Source: Pirellulales bacterium (GTDB lineage Bacteria; Planctomycetota; Planctomycetia; Pirellulales; JAICIG01). Taken from it: 64,000 nt of DNA. This document shows, piece by piece, positions 1-9,180 of the stretch. The stretch spans positions 202,599 through 266,598 of the forward strand of contig JBBDYJ010000010.1 of NCBI GenBank assembly GCA_040901675.1. Direction: 5' to 3'. The notes under the pieces are model-generated. The model saw only the letters and a list, made by a program, of their open reading frames with translations, was not told the DNA's origin and made no database searches. The position numbers and the translations under genes are program-made. Each line of letters begins with the position of its first letter. Within the stretch, counting starts at the first letter, position 1.

Positions 1-3000
1 AAAGTTTGTCCTCTCCTGGCCTGCCTCGCCTGCCTGGTCAGCGTGACATCGGCGTCGGCCGACGATGCTCCTTTGCCGCTCGACGTGGCGGCCCAGTCGA
101 TGACGCTGCCCGAGGGATTTCAGGCGACGCTGTTCGCGGGCGAGCCCGACGTGGTCCAGCCGATTGCCATGGCCTTCGACGACCGGGGCCGGCTGTGGGT
201 GGTCGAGTGCCTTTCGTACCCCGACTGGAGCCGTGACGGGCAGGGCCGCGACCGCGTGCTGATCTTCGACGACCGCGACGGCGACGGCCGGTTCGACGAG
301 CGCACGGTGTTCTTCGACCAGGGGAGCAACCTGTCGGGGATCGAGCTGGGATACGGCGGGGTCTGGCTCTGCTCGACTCCCAACTTGCTGTTCATTCCCG
401 ATCGCGACGGCGACGATCGGCCGGACGGGCCCCCGGAAGTAATTCTTGACGGCTGGGACCTGGAGGCCAAGCACAACGTGTTCAACGGCCTCTGCTGGGG
501 TCCGGACGGCTGGCTGTACGGGCTCAACGGCATCCTCTCGAACTCGCTGGTCGGCAAGCCCGGCACGCCCTCCGAACAGCGGCAGGCCATCAACTGCGGC
601 GTCTGGCGCTATCACCCCACTGGGCAAACGTTCGAGGTCGTGGCCCACGGGACCACCAACGCCTGGGGCATCGACTTCGACGAGGCCGGCGAGCTGTTCA
701 TCACCAATTGCGTGATCGGGCATCTCTGGCACGTTGTGCCGGGGGCCCGGTTCCAGCGCATGTTCGGCCAGGACTTCAACCCGTATTCGTACCAGCTCAT
801 GGAAAGCTGCGCCGACCATATCCATTGGGCCGGCGGCGCCTGGTATTCGTCGCGCGGAGGGCAGGGCGAGCATTCCAAAACAGGCGGCGGCCATGCTCAC
901 TCCGGCGCCATGGTTTACTTGGGCGACAACTGGCCCGACGAACACCGCGGCAACCTGTTCACCGTGAACATCCACGGCAACCGGGTGAATCGCGATCTGT
1001 TCGAGCGGGCCGGGTCGGGTTACGTCGCCCGTCATGGCCCGGACTTTCTGTTCGCCAACGACACCTGGTTTCGCGGGCTGGCGCTGCGGTATGGGCCCGA
1101 CGGCGGGGTGTATCTCTGCGACTGGACCGACAGTGGCGAGTGCCACGATTACGAAGACATTCATCGCGACAACGGCCGGATCTACAAGATCGCTTATGGC
1201 CAGACCAGGGCTGTCCAGGTGGACCTGGCCCGGCTCGGCGACCTCGAGCTCGTCGAGCTCATGCTGCACAAGAACGACTGGTTCGTGTCGCACGCCCGGC
1301 GGATCCTTGCCGAGCGGGCCGCCGCGGGCCCGATCGATCCGCAAGCCCGCGCCGGTCTGCTGCGAATGCTCGACGAGCACCCGGACGTTTCGCGGCGGCT
1401 GCGCGCCCTGTGGGCCTTGCACGTTACCGGCAGCTTGCAGCCGGCGCTGCTGAACCGGCAGCTCGACAGCGAAGCAGAGCACCTGCGCGCCTGGGCCGTG
1501 CGGCTGGAACTGGAAGACCACCTGGCGCCGCCGCAAGTGCTCAATCGCCTGGCCGACATGGCCCGCCACGATCCGTCGGCGGTCGTACGGCTCAGCCTGG
1601 CCAGCGGGCTTCAGCGACTGCCGCCCGCCGACCGCTGGGAGATCGCCGCGGCCCTGGCGCTGCGTGGCGAAGACGCCGAAGATGCAAACCTGCCCTTGAT
1701 GCTCTGGTATGCCGTCGAGCCGCTGGTTGCCCTGGACATCGAGCGGTCGGTTCGCCTGGCGGCCGACGCGGCTTTGCCCCAGTTGCGGCAGAACCTGGCC
1801 CGCCGCATCGCCACGCTGGCCGTGGCCGGCGGCCAGGACATCGTCGACGTCAAGCCGCTCGAATCGCTGTCCCGCATACTCGGCCAGGTCGATCGTCGGG
1901 AAGTCCAGCACGACATCCTGGAGGGCATGCGGCTGGCGTTGGCCGGCCGCCGCCGGCTGGGCATCCCCGGCGGCTGGCATGACGCGGCCAAGGCGTTGGC
2001 CGCGGGGGGCGACCCGCGCGTGCTGGAGGCGGCCAGTATGCTCGCGCTCGTCTTTGGCGATCCGGATGCTTTTGCCCATTTCCGCGTGCTTGTGCAGGAC
2101 TCGCATGCCGAGCCGGCACTCCGCCGCCGAGCGCTGGAGGCCTTGGTACAGCAGCAGGATGCCGAGCTGCCCGCTCTGCTCTTGGAGCTTCTGCCCAACC
2201 GCGAGCTGCGCGGCCCGATCCTGCGAGCCATGGCCGCCTACGACGACGCGCGCATTCCCGAGGCAATTCTGCGCGCATACCAGACGTTTGATGCAACCGA
2301 GCGCGACGACGCGCTGGCCACGTTGGCATCGCGGCGTGGCTACGCTCTGGCGCTGTTGGATGCCTTGGACGGGGGAGTGGTCGAGCGGCGGGACGTCTCG
2401 GCCTTCACGGTTCGGCAGCTCCAAAGCATAAACGATCCGGCCGTCGACACGAAACTGACCGAGGTGTGGGGCGCCAGCCGGCCGACGCCGATGGACAAAA
2501 GCGCCTTGATTGCCGACTACAAACGCTTGCTCGGCGTGGATTTTTTGGCGAGCGCCCATCTCTCACGAGGCCGGCTGCTGTTTGCGCGGCACTGTGCCGC
2601 CTGTCACCGGCTGTATGACGAAGGCCACCAGGTCGGCCCTGATCTGACCGGCTCGCAGCGGTCCAACCTCGACTACGTGCTGGAGAACCTCGTCGACCCC
2701 AATGCGCTGGTGGGCCGCGACTACCAGATGACCATCATCCAAACCGTCGACGGCCGCGTGATCAACGGGATCATTACAGCCGAGGAGAACGGCACGCTGA
2801 CGATACAAAGCCAGAATGAGCGGATCCTGATCCGCGAGGAGGAGATCGACGAGCGGCAGGCTTCCAGCGTCTCGCTGATGCCGGAGGGGCAGATGGAAAA
2901 GCTGACGGCTGAGGAGATCCGCGACCTGGTGGCTTACCTGGGCAGCAAGGAACAGCCGCCGTTGCCCGCGGAGGCGGCCGGTGCGCCGCTGGAGGAGCAG

Positions 3001-3003
3001 TGA
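1..3003 (+). CDS. PVC-type membrane-bound dehydrogenase-like beta-propeller + HEAT repeats + C-terminal c-type heme (CxxCH) protein; 5' end outside window
   Basis: Frame open from base 1 (KVCPLLACLACLVSVTSASA, signal-peptide-like); FAGEPDVVQPIAMAFDDRGRLWVVE motif; HEAT-like helices; CAACH...GPDLTG heme domain. Confidence 0.9.
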   Translation, partial: KVCPLLACLACLVSVTSASADDAPLPLDVAAQSMTLPEGFQATLFAGEPDVVQPIAMAFDDRGRLWVVECLSYPDWSRDGQGRDRVLIFDDRDGDGRFDERTVFFDQGSNLSGIELGYGGVWLCSTPNLLFIPDRDGDDRPDGPPEVILDGWDLEAKHNVFNGLCWGPDGWLYGLNGILSNSLVGKPGTPSEQRQAINCGVWRYHPTGQTFEVVAHGTTNAWGIDFDEAGELFITNCVIGHLWHVVPGARFQRMFGQDFNPYSYQLMESCADHIHWAGGAWYSSRGGQGEHSKTGGGHAHSGAMVYLGDNWPDEHRGNLFTVNIHGNRVNRDLFERAGSGYVARHGPDFLFANDTWFRGLALRYGPDGGVYLCDWTDSGECHDYEDIHRDNGRIYKIAYGQTRAVQVDLARLGDLELVELMLHKNDWFVSHARRILAERAAAGPIDPQARAGLLRMLDEHPDVSRRLRALWALHVTGSLQPALLNRQLDSEAEHLRAWAVRLELEDHLAPPQVLNRLADMARHDPSAVVRLSLASGLQRLPPADRWEIAAALALRGEDAEDANLPLMLWYAVEPLVALDIERSVRLAADAALPQLRQNLARRIATLAVAGGQDIVDVKPLESLSRILGQVDRREVQHDILEGMRLALAGRRRLGIPGGWHDAAKALAAGGDPRVLEAASMLALVFGDPDAFAHFRVLVQDSHAEPALRRRALEALVQQQDAELPALLLELLPNRELRGPILRAMAAYDDARIPEAILRAYQTFDATERDDALATLASRRGYALALLDALDGGVVERRDVSAFTVRQLQSINDPAVDTKLTEVWGASRPTPMDKSALIADYKRLLGVDFLASAHLSRGRLLFARHCAACHRLYDEGHQVGPDLTGSQRSNLDYVLENLVDPNALVGRDYQMTIIQTVDGRVINGIITAEENGTLTIQSQNERILIREEEIDERQASSVSLMPEGQMEKLTAEEIRDLVAYLGSKEQPPLPAEAAGAPLEEQ

Positions 3004-3068
3004 CGGCGGAACTTTTCACGACGGACGCACGTCAATGCAAGAGGCCCATTTTTCAAAGGCAGAGTCAC

Positions 3069-4910
3069 ATGCAAGGCAAGTTGCGGTTGGCGGTCGCCCT
3101 GGGAACCTGGATGGTGGTGGCTGCCGGCCTGGCGGCCAGGGGAGCTGAAGTGCCGCGGCGGGACGAGTCGCCTCCGCCCGAGGCGCCGCAGGTAGTCTGG
3201 GAAGTCCAGGGCAAGAAATTCGTGGTGCGAGTCGACGGCAGTGGGCAGGTGCTGGCGGTGGGGCTGCCGGAAGATTCGGCGTTTGGCGACGACCTGGGGA
3301 CGGTGGAAGCCCCCATTCAACCCACGCTGACAGGGCTTGGTTCGGAGCATTTCGTTTCCGCGTCGGCGCTGGCCCAGAAGGCCAAGCAGTTCGACGACGG
3401 CTTGTATGCGGCGGTTGAGCTGGCGGCGCAGAACGGGTTGGGCAAGTTCCCGGGCAAGAGGCTGCTGCTGCGGGAGGTCGGCACGCGGTTGGCCAGGCTG
3501 CCCGCGGCCCAGCCTGGCCAGCCGGGCAGCATCGTGCTGGCCGCCGGCCAGGTGGCTCGACTCGAGCTGCCGCTCAAGGGGAGGGTTCAGGCCACAATGG
3601 ATGCCACCTTGAGAGACTTTTTGGCCGACGAGCTGCGGTCCAAGCCGCTGGGGTTTTATACCTGGTCCAACGATCTGCGGGCCATCTTCCAGCAGGACCG
3701 GCTGCTGCAAAGCGAGCTAAAGGGCCAAACAGGGATCGCGGCCGTGGTCGCGGCCCTGGCGGCCGACAGCCAATCCCGCGCGACATACGAGTCGTACCTG
3801 CGGCTGACCGAGAAACTGACCAATCCGCTGGCTCACCCCGACCTGCGGGCGCTCGTCGAACGAGCGGTAGCCGGCCGATTCGAAGCGCCGGAGGACAAAG
3901 TACACTTCTTTCCGCCTTCCGTCTCGCACGAGGGGGCACTGGTCATGCGATTGTTCGGCAACCGGCCCATCCCGGAGGGTTTTAATCTGGCCGACGCGCT
4001 GATCGAGCGGATCCGATCCGGCGAAATCGAGCTGGAGCCGAAGGACAACTCCGGCTGGTACGACTACCAGACGTGGGCGCTGGAGCCGCTGGTTGTGCCC
4101 GAGCGAATGCCGGAGCATGAGCACCTCGAGCTCAACGACGAATACCGAAAGCAGCTTGTCGAGTTGTTCAAGGGGATTCTCACGCTGACGCGCGAGACGC
4201 ACGTCAAGCAACTCGAAATCCCAGCGCCCGCCGCCGCGGCGCCTGGAGATGACGATCCTGAACCGCGGGAGACCATCTTTGTGGGCCCACAGCTTACCGT
4301 CGAGCCGCTGCCGGCGATGTACCTGCGCAGGGCTGTCGGCTACCGTTTTGTGCAGGCCGTTCTGGAAGAAACGTTCGGCGCCGACGCGCTAGCGAAGATG
4401 CACCGTATGACGGCCCGTGGGCCGGTGGGACCCGACCTGGCAAGCGAGCTGGACCAGATGCACGCGCTGTTCCACGGCGCCCACGTGACCAGCAGCCGCC
4501 AGATGGGCATCGAGGTCCAGGGCGAGGGAGCCGACGCCGACGCCGGCGCGCTGTTGACCTGGGCGCGCGACATCGCGACCGACGCCGACATGGGGCAGGA
4601 TGCCCGCGCCATGGTGCCGGTGTTCTACGACCAGATGCGCAAGAAGACCAAGGTCTGGGTATTTTTGGGCTGGTCGGCCAAGCCGGTGACGGTTCACTTT
4701 GCCAAGCAGCCGGAGTTTGAGGTGCTGGACACCGACGGCAAAAAGGCGGCAGGCAGGCTGCCGGAGGTGCTCTTTACATCCGGCTACCACTCGCTGGCAT
4801 ATCCGGTCTCGGCGGAAGTTTACGTCACCCGGCTCATGAACCGCGATGAGTTTCGCCGGCACTGCGATCGCTACAAGACGCGATCAGCCATTCTCAAGAA
4901 CCTCCGTTAG
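3069..4910 (+). CDS. Secreted hypothetical protein, possibly remote DUF3160-like
   Basis: Signal peptide after MQGK; motifs WYDYQTWALEPL, RETHVKQ, TVEPLPAMY; start chosen at ATG 3069. Confidence 0.6.
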   Translation: MQGKLRLAVALGTWMVVAAGLAARGAEVPRRDESPPPEAPQVVWEVQGKKFVVRVDGSGQVLAVGLPEDSAFGDDLGTVEAPIQPTLTGLGSEHFVSASALAQKAKQFDDGLYAAVELAAQNGLGKFPGKRLLLREVGTRLARLPAAQPGQPGSIVLAAGQVARLELPLKGRVQATMDATLRDFLADELRSKPLGFYTWSNDLRAIFQQDRLLQSELKGQTGIAAVVAALAADSQSRATYESYLRLTEKLTNPLAHPDLRALVERAVAGRFEAPEDKVHFFPPSVSHEGALVMRLFGNRPIPEGFNLADALIERIRSGEIELEPKDNSGWYDYQTWALEPLVVPERMPEHEHLELNDEYRKQLVELFKGILTLTRETHVKQLEIPAPAAAAPGDDDPEPRETIFVGPQLTVEPLPAMYLRRAVGYRFVQAVLEETFGADALAKMHRMTARGPVGPDLASELDQMHALFHGAHVTSSRQMGIEVQGEGADADAGALLTWARDIATDADMGQDARAMVPVFYDQMRKKTKVWVFLGWSAKPVTVHFAKQPEFEVLDTDGKKAAGRLPEVLFTSGYHSLAYPVSAEVYVTRLMNRDEFRRHCDRYKTRSAILKNLR

Positions 4911-4912
4911 CA

Positions 4913-4928
4913 CGGCACGGCCTTTGCA
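4913..4928 (+). promoter_or_regulatory. sigma54-type -24/-12 promoter
   Basis: CGGCACGGCCTTTGCA fits GGCACG-N4-TTGC; a TATAAT also lies at ~4951; GGAGG RBS precedes ATG 4984. Confidence 0.55.
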
Positions 4929-4983
4929 CCGCTGAAGACCTCCGCTTGTCTATAATGAATGACGGCCCAGGGAGGAACCAAGA

Positions 4984-5481
4984 ATGCCTACGCAAGCGAC
5001 ACAGGCACGCTCACAGCGATTCGACAGCAAGCAACAGCCGAAGGGCGGACGCCAGCAGGTCGACGACCTGATCGCCGGATTGAACGAGGACCTGGCAGGC
5101 GAAATGCAGGCCGTGATTATGTACACCCAGTACTCGGCCATGCTGACCGGTCCTTACCGCAAGGAGCTGCGGTCTTTGTTCCAGGCCGAAATTGCCGACG
5201 AGCAGCGCCATGCGCAGTTCCTGGCCGACAAGATCGCCGCGCTGGGCGGTGAGCCTGGCACGACGCCGCGAGCCGTTCCCGAGGCACGCGGGCCCAAAGA
5301 AATGCTCGAACGGGTGCTCGAGGCGGAAAAGCAGGCCATCGACGACTACAAGCAGCGCGCCGAGCAGGCCGAGGCGTTCGGCGACGTCGGGCTCAAGGTC
5401 GAGCTGGAGAACCAGATCAGCGACGAGACTCGCCACAAGGAGGAAATCGAGCGCATCCTGGCTGGGTGGGACGACGCATGA
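4984..5481 (+). CDS. Ferritin-like / bacterioferritin-family protein
   Basis: E...DEQRH...E...DETRH di-iron ligand pattern; the Bfr heme-ligand Met position reads Gln. Confidence 0.85.
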   Translation: MPTQATQARSQRFDSKQQPKGGRQQVDDLIAGLNEDLAGEMQAVIMYTQYSAMLTGPYRKELRSLFQAEIADEQRHAQFLADKIAALGGEPGTTPRAVPEARGPKEMLERVLEAEKQAIDDYKQRAEQAEAFGDVGLKVELENQISDETRHKEEIERILAGWDDA

Positions 5482-5939
5482 CAACCTGGATCCTGGTGGC
5501 CGACGGCAGCCGGGCGCGGATCTTTTCATCCGAGGCGCCCGGAAGCCGCTGGAAGTTGGTCAACGAGTTCGACCATCCGCCCAGCCGGGCCAAGGGAGTT
5601 GATCTCGAAACCGACGACCGTGGGCGGCAACGGCAAAGCTTTGGCGTCGGAAATCGGCCGGCGATGGAGCCTACCACGGCGCCCAAGGTGGTCGAGGCCG
5701 ACCGTTTTGCGCGCGAACTGGCGCAGGCTCTCGACGATGCCTTCAATCGCCGCGAGTTCGACGCGCTGGCCCTGGTCGCCGCGCCGGAGTTCCTCGGCCG
5801 TTTGCGCAGCGCGCTCACCTCGCAGGTGGCCAAGCAGGTGGTCGCCAGCATCGACAAGGACTACAACGGGTCGGATGCCCGCGAGCTGGCCCGCCGGTTG
5901 GACGAGGCGGTCCATCCGGCCAAGCGGCCCAAGAAGTAA
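5478..5939 (+). CDS. Host-attachment (baeRF12-like, release-factor-fold) protein
   Basis: MTTWILVADGSRARIF...LVAAPEFLGRLR...IDKD motifs; ATGA overlap with ferritin gene. Confidence 0.85.
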   Translation: MTTWILVADGSRARIFSSEAPGSRWKLVNEFDHPPSRAKGVDLETDDRGRQRQSFGVGNRPAMEPTTAPKVVEADRFARELAQALDDAFNRREFDALALVAAPEFLGRLRSALTSQVAKQVVASIDKDYNGSDARELARRLDEAVHPAKRPKK

Positions 5940-5948
5940 CTTCGCCAG

Positions 5949-7406
5949 TCAGACCCAGATATCGGACGTCGAGTCGCCGCCGGGAAAGCGCACCTCGTGT
6001 GCCCGCGCCGGCCCGCCCGGTTCGCTGCCGAAATCGACAAAAAACTTCTCGTTGGCCGACAGGCCTCCGCCGCCCGACGTCCTGCAGTCGAACTGCATCA
6101 TGTACGAGCCGGCCTCGGCCATCCGGGGATAGAACTGGTTGTCCCAGGTGCTGTACAGCGAGTTGGTCACGTACAGCCGCCGGCCGTCGAGGCTGAGCTG
6201 CAGCATCTGCGGCCCGCCGGTGAGCTCCTTTTCTTTGTGGACCGGCGGCTTGCCCAGCACGCCGCCGCACCAAACCCGGCCGGTGAGCCTGGGACGCGAC
6301 GGGTCGCTCACGTCGTACTGGCGGACGTCCCCGTGCAGCCAGTCCGAAAAGTAGAGCCAGCGGTCGTCGAGCGACAACACCAGGTCGGTAATCAGGCCGG
6401 GCACCGGGAAAGGCCACCCTTCCGCCTCCACCGGATCGACCTGGATCACTTTCTCGACCTGCCACTTTCCGCCGGCCTGGTGCCAATGCCAGATGGCGCT
6501 GGCCAGGGCCGCCCCCACAAAGCCATGGGCGCTGTCGGGATTGTGGTGGAAGCGGACCTCGAGCGGGATCAGTCCGGCCTCGCCCAGATCGGCACTGTGC
6601 ACGACCTGCCGCTTCTTCCAGTCCCAGAAGTGCAACTGCTGGCCATACTTGCCCGCCTTGACGTCGGCCAGGTCGAAACCCGCCTGGAACGTCTTGGGAG
6701 CGGCCCACTCGCTGGAGACCATGACATTATGCCTGGGCTGGTACCAAAAGTCGTAGTTGAAGCGGCGGCTGCCGTTGGCGGCGGGCTGGTCCGACTCCCA
6801 GCGGCCGGCGATCTCGAACTGCTGGTCGAGTAGCAGGAATCCGCCGGGGCCGTTGCCCTGGGCATCGCCGAGCATCGAGAGCATGATCCGGCCATCGGGC
6901 AGGCAATGGACCGTGTGCGGAGCGGACAAATTGACCGATCGGGCAATCGACTCCGGCTCGATGACCTTGTACATCGTGGGCGATCGCGGGTTGGCGGCAT
7001 CGAGCACGTGGATTCGCCCGCTCTTCAAGCCCGGCACGATCAAGTAGCGCCGCGACTTGTCCGGGTCAGCATGGCAGCTACTGCACGCGTTCCAGCCGAA
7101 GTGGTGCAGCTCGTCGCCCGCCTTGGGCATCGCCGCCCGGTGAACCACCTGGCAATAGCTTCGGGACGCAGGATCGACGTCCACCGTGGCCAGGTAATCG
7201 GGCTTGTCGGCCTGGGTATGGATGGTGGTGACGTAGGCCAGCGTCTCACGCTCGGCCTGCATCGCCTCCGCGGGCGAGGCGTACGTGGCGCCGCAGCAGG
7301 CTGCCTTATCGTCCGCCCCACTGGCGTTCTCAGCCGCCCCGGCCGTAAGCCAGGAAGAACCAACCGCCGCCGCTGTGCCGGCAAGAAACTCTCGTCGTCC
7401 AATCAT
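5949..7406 (-). CDS. SBP56 / selenium-binding protein (methanethiol oxidase family) with Tat signal
   Basis: GDELHHFGWNACSSC, YDFWYQPRHNVMVSSEW, GGPQMLQLSLDGRRLYVTNSL, GGDSTSDIW; N-terminal GRREFL. Confidence 0.93.
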   Translation of the reverse strand: MIGRREFLAGTAAAVGSSWLTAGAAENASGADDKAACCGATYASPAEAMQAERETLAYVTTIHTQADKPDYLATVDVDPASRSYCQVVHRAAMPKAGDELHHFGWNACSSCHADPDKSRRYLIVPGLKSGRIHVLDAANPRSPTMYKVIEPESIARSVNLSAPHTVHCLPDGRIMLSMLGDAQGNGPGGFLLLDQQFEIAGRWESDQPAANGSRRFNYDFWYQPRHNVMVSSEWAAPKTFQAGFDLADVKAGKYGQQLHFWDWKKRQVVHSADLGEAGLIPLEVRFHHNPDSAHGFVGAALASAIWHWHQAGGKWQVEKVIQVDPVEAEGWPFPVPGLITDLVLSLDDRWLYFSDWLHGDVRQYDVSDPSRPRLTGRVWCGGVLGKPPVHKEKELTGGPQMLQLSLDGRRLYVTNSLYSTWDNQFYPRMAEAGSYMMQFDCRTSGGGGLSANEKFFVDFGSEPGGPARAHEVRFPGGDSTSDIWV

Positions 7407-7642
7407 GGCTGCCTCGTCCGATTCGCGTGTTGTCCTGTATGGTGCTGAAACTACCCTCGACGATGCCCCAAGGTTTCGGGCCGATTGAATTTACTCTTTT
7501 TGCCGGGCGAATTGCACCCATTTTCGCCGCTGGCCCGGCCGTTTTTTCCATTTTCGCTGGGTTATGCACTGCTTGAGTTTTCCATAAACCGCCCGCAGAA
7601 TAGCCCGGCTCCACGTGCCGCTGGCGGCGCGGCAACTGCATT

Positions 7643-7726
7643 CTGGGGCACGCTAACGCTTTGCCCCAGCCACCCGGCCGGGCTCAAAGTACAACGAGCA
7701 AAGCACAAAGTACCAAGATCTAAGCA
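7643..7726. repeat. REP-like family B palindrome followed by heptamer tandem repeat
   Basis: CTGGGGCACGCTAACGCTTTGCCCCAGCCACCCG (related copies at 32280, 33980, 39205, 43712), then about 6 CAAAGYA-like units at 7685-7726. Confidence 0.8.
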
Positions 7727-7731
7727 CTCCC

Positions 7732-8646
7732 ATGCCCTACGTTCTGTTCGTTCTGATCGCGGTCATCTGGGGCGCCAGTTTCATCCTGATGAAGAAGGCG
7801 GCCCTCTCGTTTACGCCCGTGACGATCGGCGCCTGGCGGCTGATCGGCGGGGCGGCCGTGTTGGGGCTTGCCTGGTGGCTGACCCGGATGCGACCCGGCT
7901 GGCGGAAAGCGGACGCGTGGCCGCTCGTGTTCGTGGCCCTGGTCGGCAACGCATTTCCGTACGCCTTGCAGCCCTACCTTGTCGCCTCGTACGGCAGCGC
8001 GTTCATCGGCATGACCATCAGTTTCGTGCCGGTGCTGACGATCCTGGTATCGGTGCCGCTGCTGGGTGTCTACCCGAGCAAGAGACAACTGGCGGGCGTG
8101 GCGGGCGCGCTTGTCTGCATGGCCGCGTTGATGGCCGACGGCCTCCAGCGGCGCGTCCCGCCAGCAGACCTGCTGCTGGCCGCGACGGTGCCGCTGGGCT
8201 ACGCGCTGGCCAACACGGTGGTCCGCCGCCACCTGCGGCACGTCCCCTCGTTGGCGTTGTCGTTCACTTCGCTGGCCTTGGCGGCCGCCGTGCTGTTGCC
8301 GCTTGCCTGGTCGCTGCCCGGCGAAGGACTCTCGGCCAACGAGTCACTGCCCTTGGCCATCGGCTGCCTGGCGATTCTCGGCGTGGTGGGCACCGGGTTG
8401 GCGATGGTGATGTTCAACCGCTTGATTCAGAGCGAGGGCCCCTTGTTCGCCGGCATGGTGACCTACCTGGTGCCGATCGGCGCCGTGATCTGGGGCTGGC
8501 TCGACCGCGAGCCGGTCAGCCTCGTCCAGTTGGCCGCCCTGGCCGGCATTCTCGTCATGGTCGCGCTGGCACAGTCCGGCGCCGCCCGAGCGGCCAGAGG
8601 GGAAGCCGGAATCGAGGACGGTGTGCCGGAAGCAACACCGCTGTAG
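7732..8646 (+). CDS. EamA/DMT family transporter
   Basis: IWGASF start, about 10 TM helices, VTYLVPIGAVIWG. Confidence 0.9.
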   Translation: MPYVLFVLIAVIWGASFILMKKAALSFTPVTIGAWRLIGGAAVLGLAWWLTRMRPGWRKADAWPLVFVALVGNAFPYALQPYLVASYGSAFIGMTISFVPVLTILVSVPLLGVYPSKRQLAGVAGALVCMAALMADGLQRRVPPADLLLAATVPLGYALANTVVRRHLRHVPSLALSFTSLALAAAVLLPLAWSLPGEGLSANESLPLAIGCLAILGVVGTGLAMVMFNRLIQSEGPLFAGMVTYLVPIGAVIWGWLDREPVSLVQLAALAGILVMVALAQSGAARAARGEAGIEDGVPEATPL

Positions 8647-8666
8647 AAGAGGTAGTTTGTCCGAGG

Positions 8667-8687
8667 GGTGTCGAGTAAATGGCTCAT
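8667..8687 (-). pseudogene. 7-codon remnant of a PIN/VapC toxin (MSHLLDT)
   Basis: ATGA-coupled to the antitoxin stop; LLDT is the first catalytic strand of VapC; PIN-like sequence stops immediately after. Confidence 0.55.
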
Positions 8688-8941
8688 TCGAGCATCTCTC
8701 GACGAGTATCCAACTTTCGGTCTTGACGGATCCGCTCGATAATCGCATCGTCTTCTTCGGTCCAGTGATCGGCCATCATTCCGGCAGCCGTCTGCGTGCT
8801 TCCGGGTTTCCAGCCGGGCGGCGGTCCGGGCAACTGCCTCACTCGAACGATTACTTCCACCTTGCGACCCTCTTCGATACCCGGGTCGCTCTCAAGCTCG
8901 ATGGTCCGGCCGTGGATGACACCTTGCATGACTTTGTTCAT
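8684..8941 (-). CDS. AF2212/DUF104-like small antitoxin
   Basis: 85 aa; QGVIHGRTIEL...EGRKVEVIV beta-rich N-terminus with acidic helical tail. Confidence 0.7.
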   Translation of the reverse strand: MNKVMQGVIHGRTIELESDPGIEEGRKVEVIVRVRQLPGPPPGWKPGSTQTAAGMMADHWTEEDDAIIERIRQDRKLDTRREMLE

Positions 8942-9180
8942 TGCCTGCGTTCCTGATGAATAATCCTTGGGCCTTCCTGATCATACTCCTTCACTCTCCC
9001 AAGATCGACATCGTCACGCCTTCTCGTTCGCCTCAAAGGGGGCCTGTCCGCCGAAAAACCACGCGGCGCGGCGGCCCTGTGACCCGCCGGCTGCGTTGAG
9101 CAACCGGACGTTTGCGGCTAGGATAGGCATACGGATCTTCCCGCCCCGCCAGACACGCGCCGCCAAGCCAGGGTTCGACC

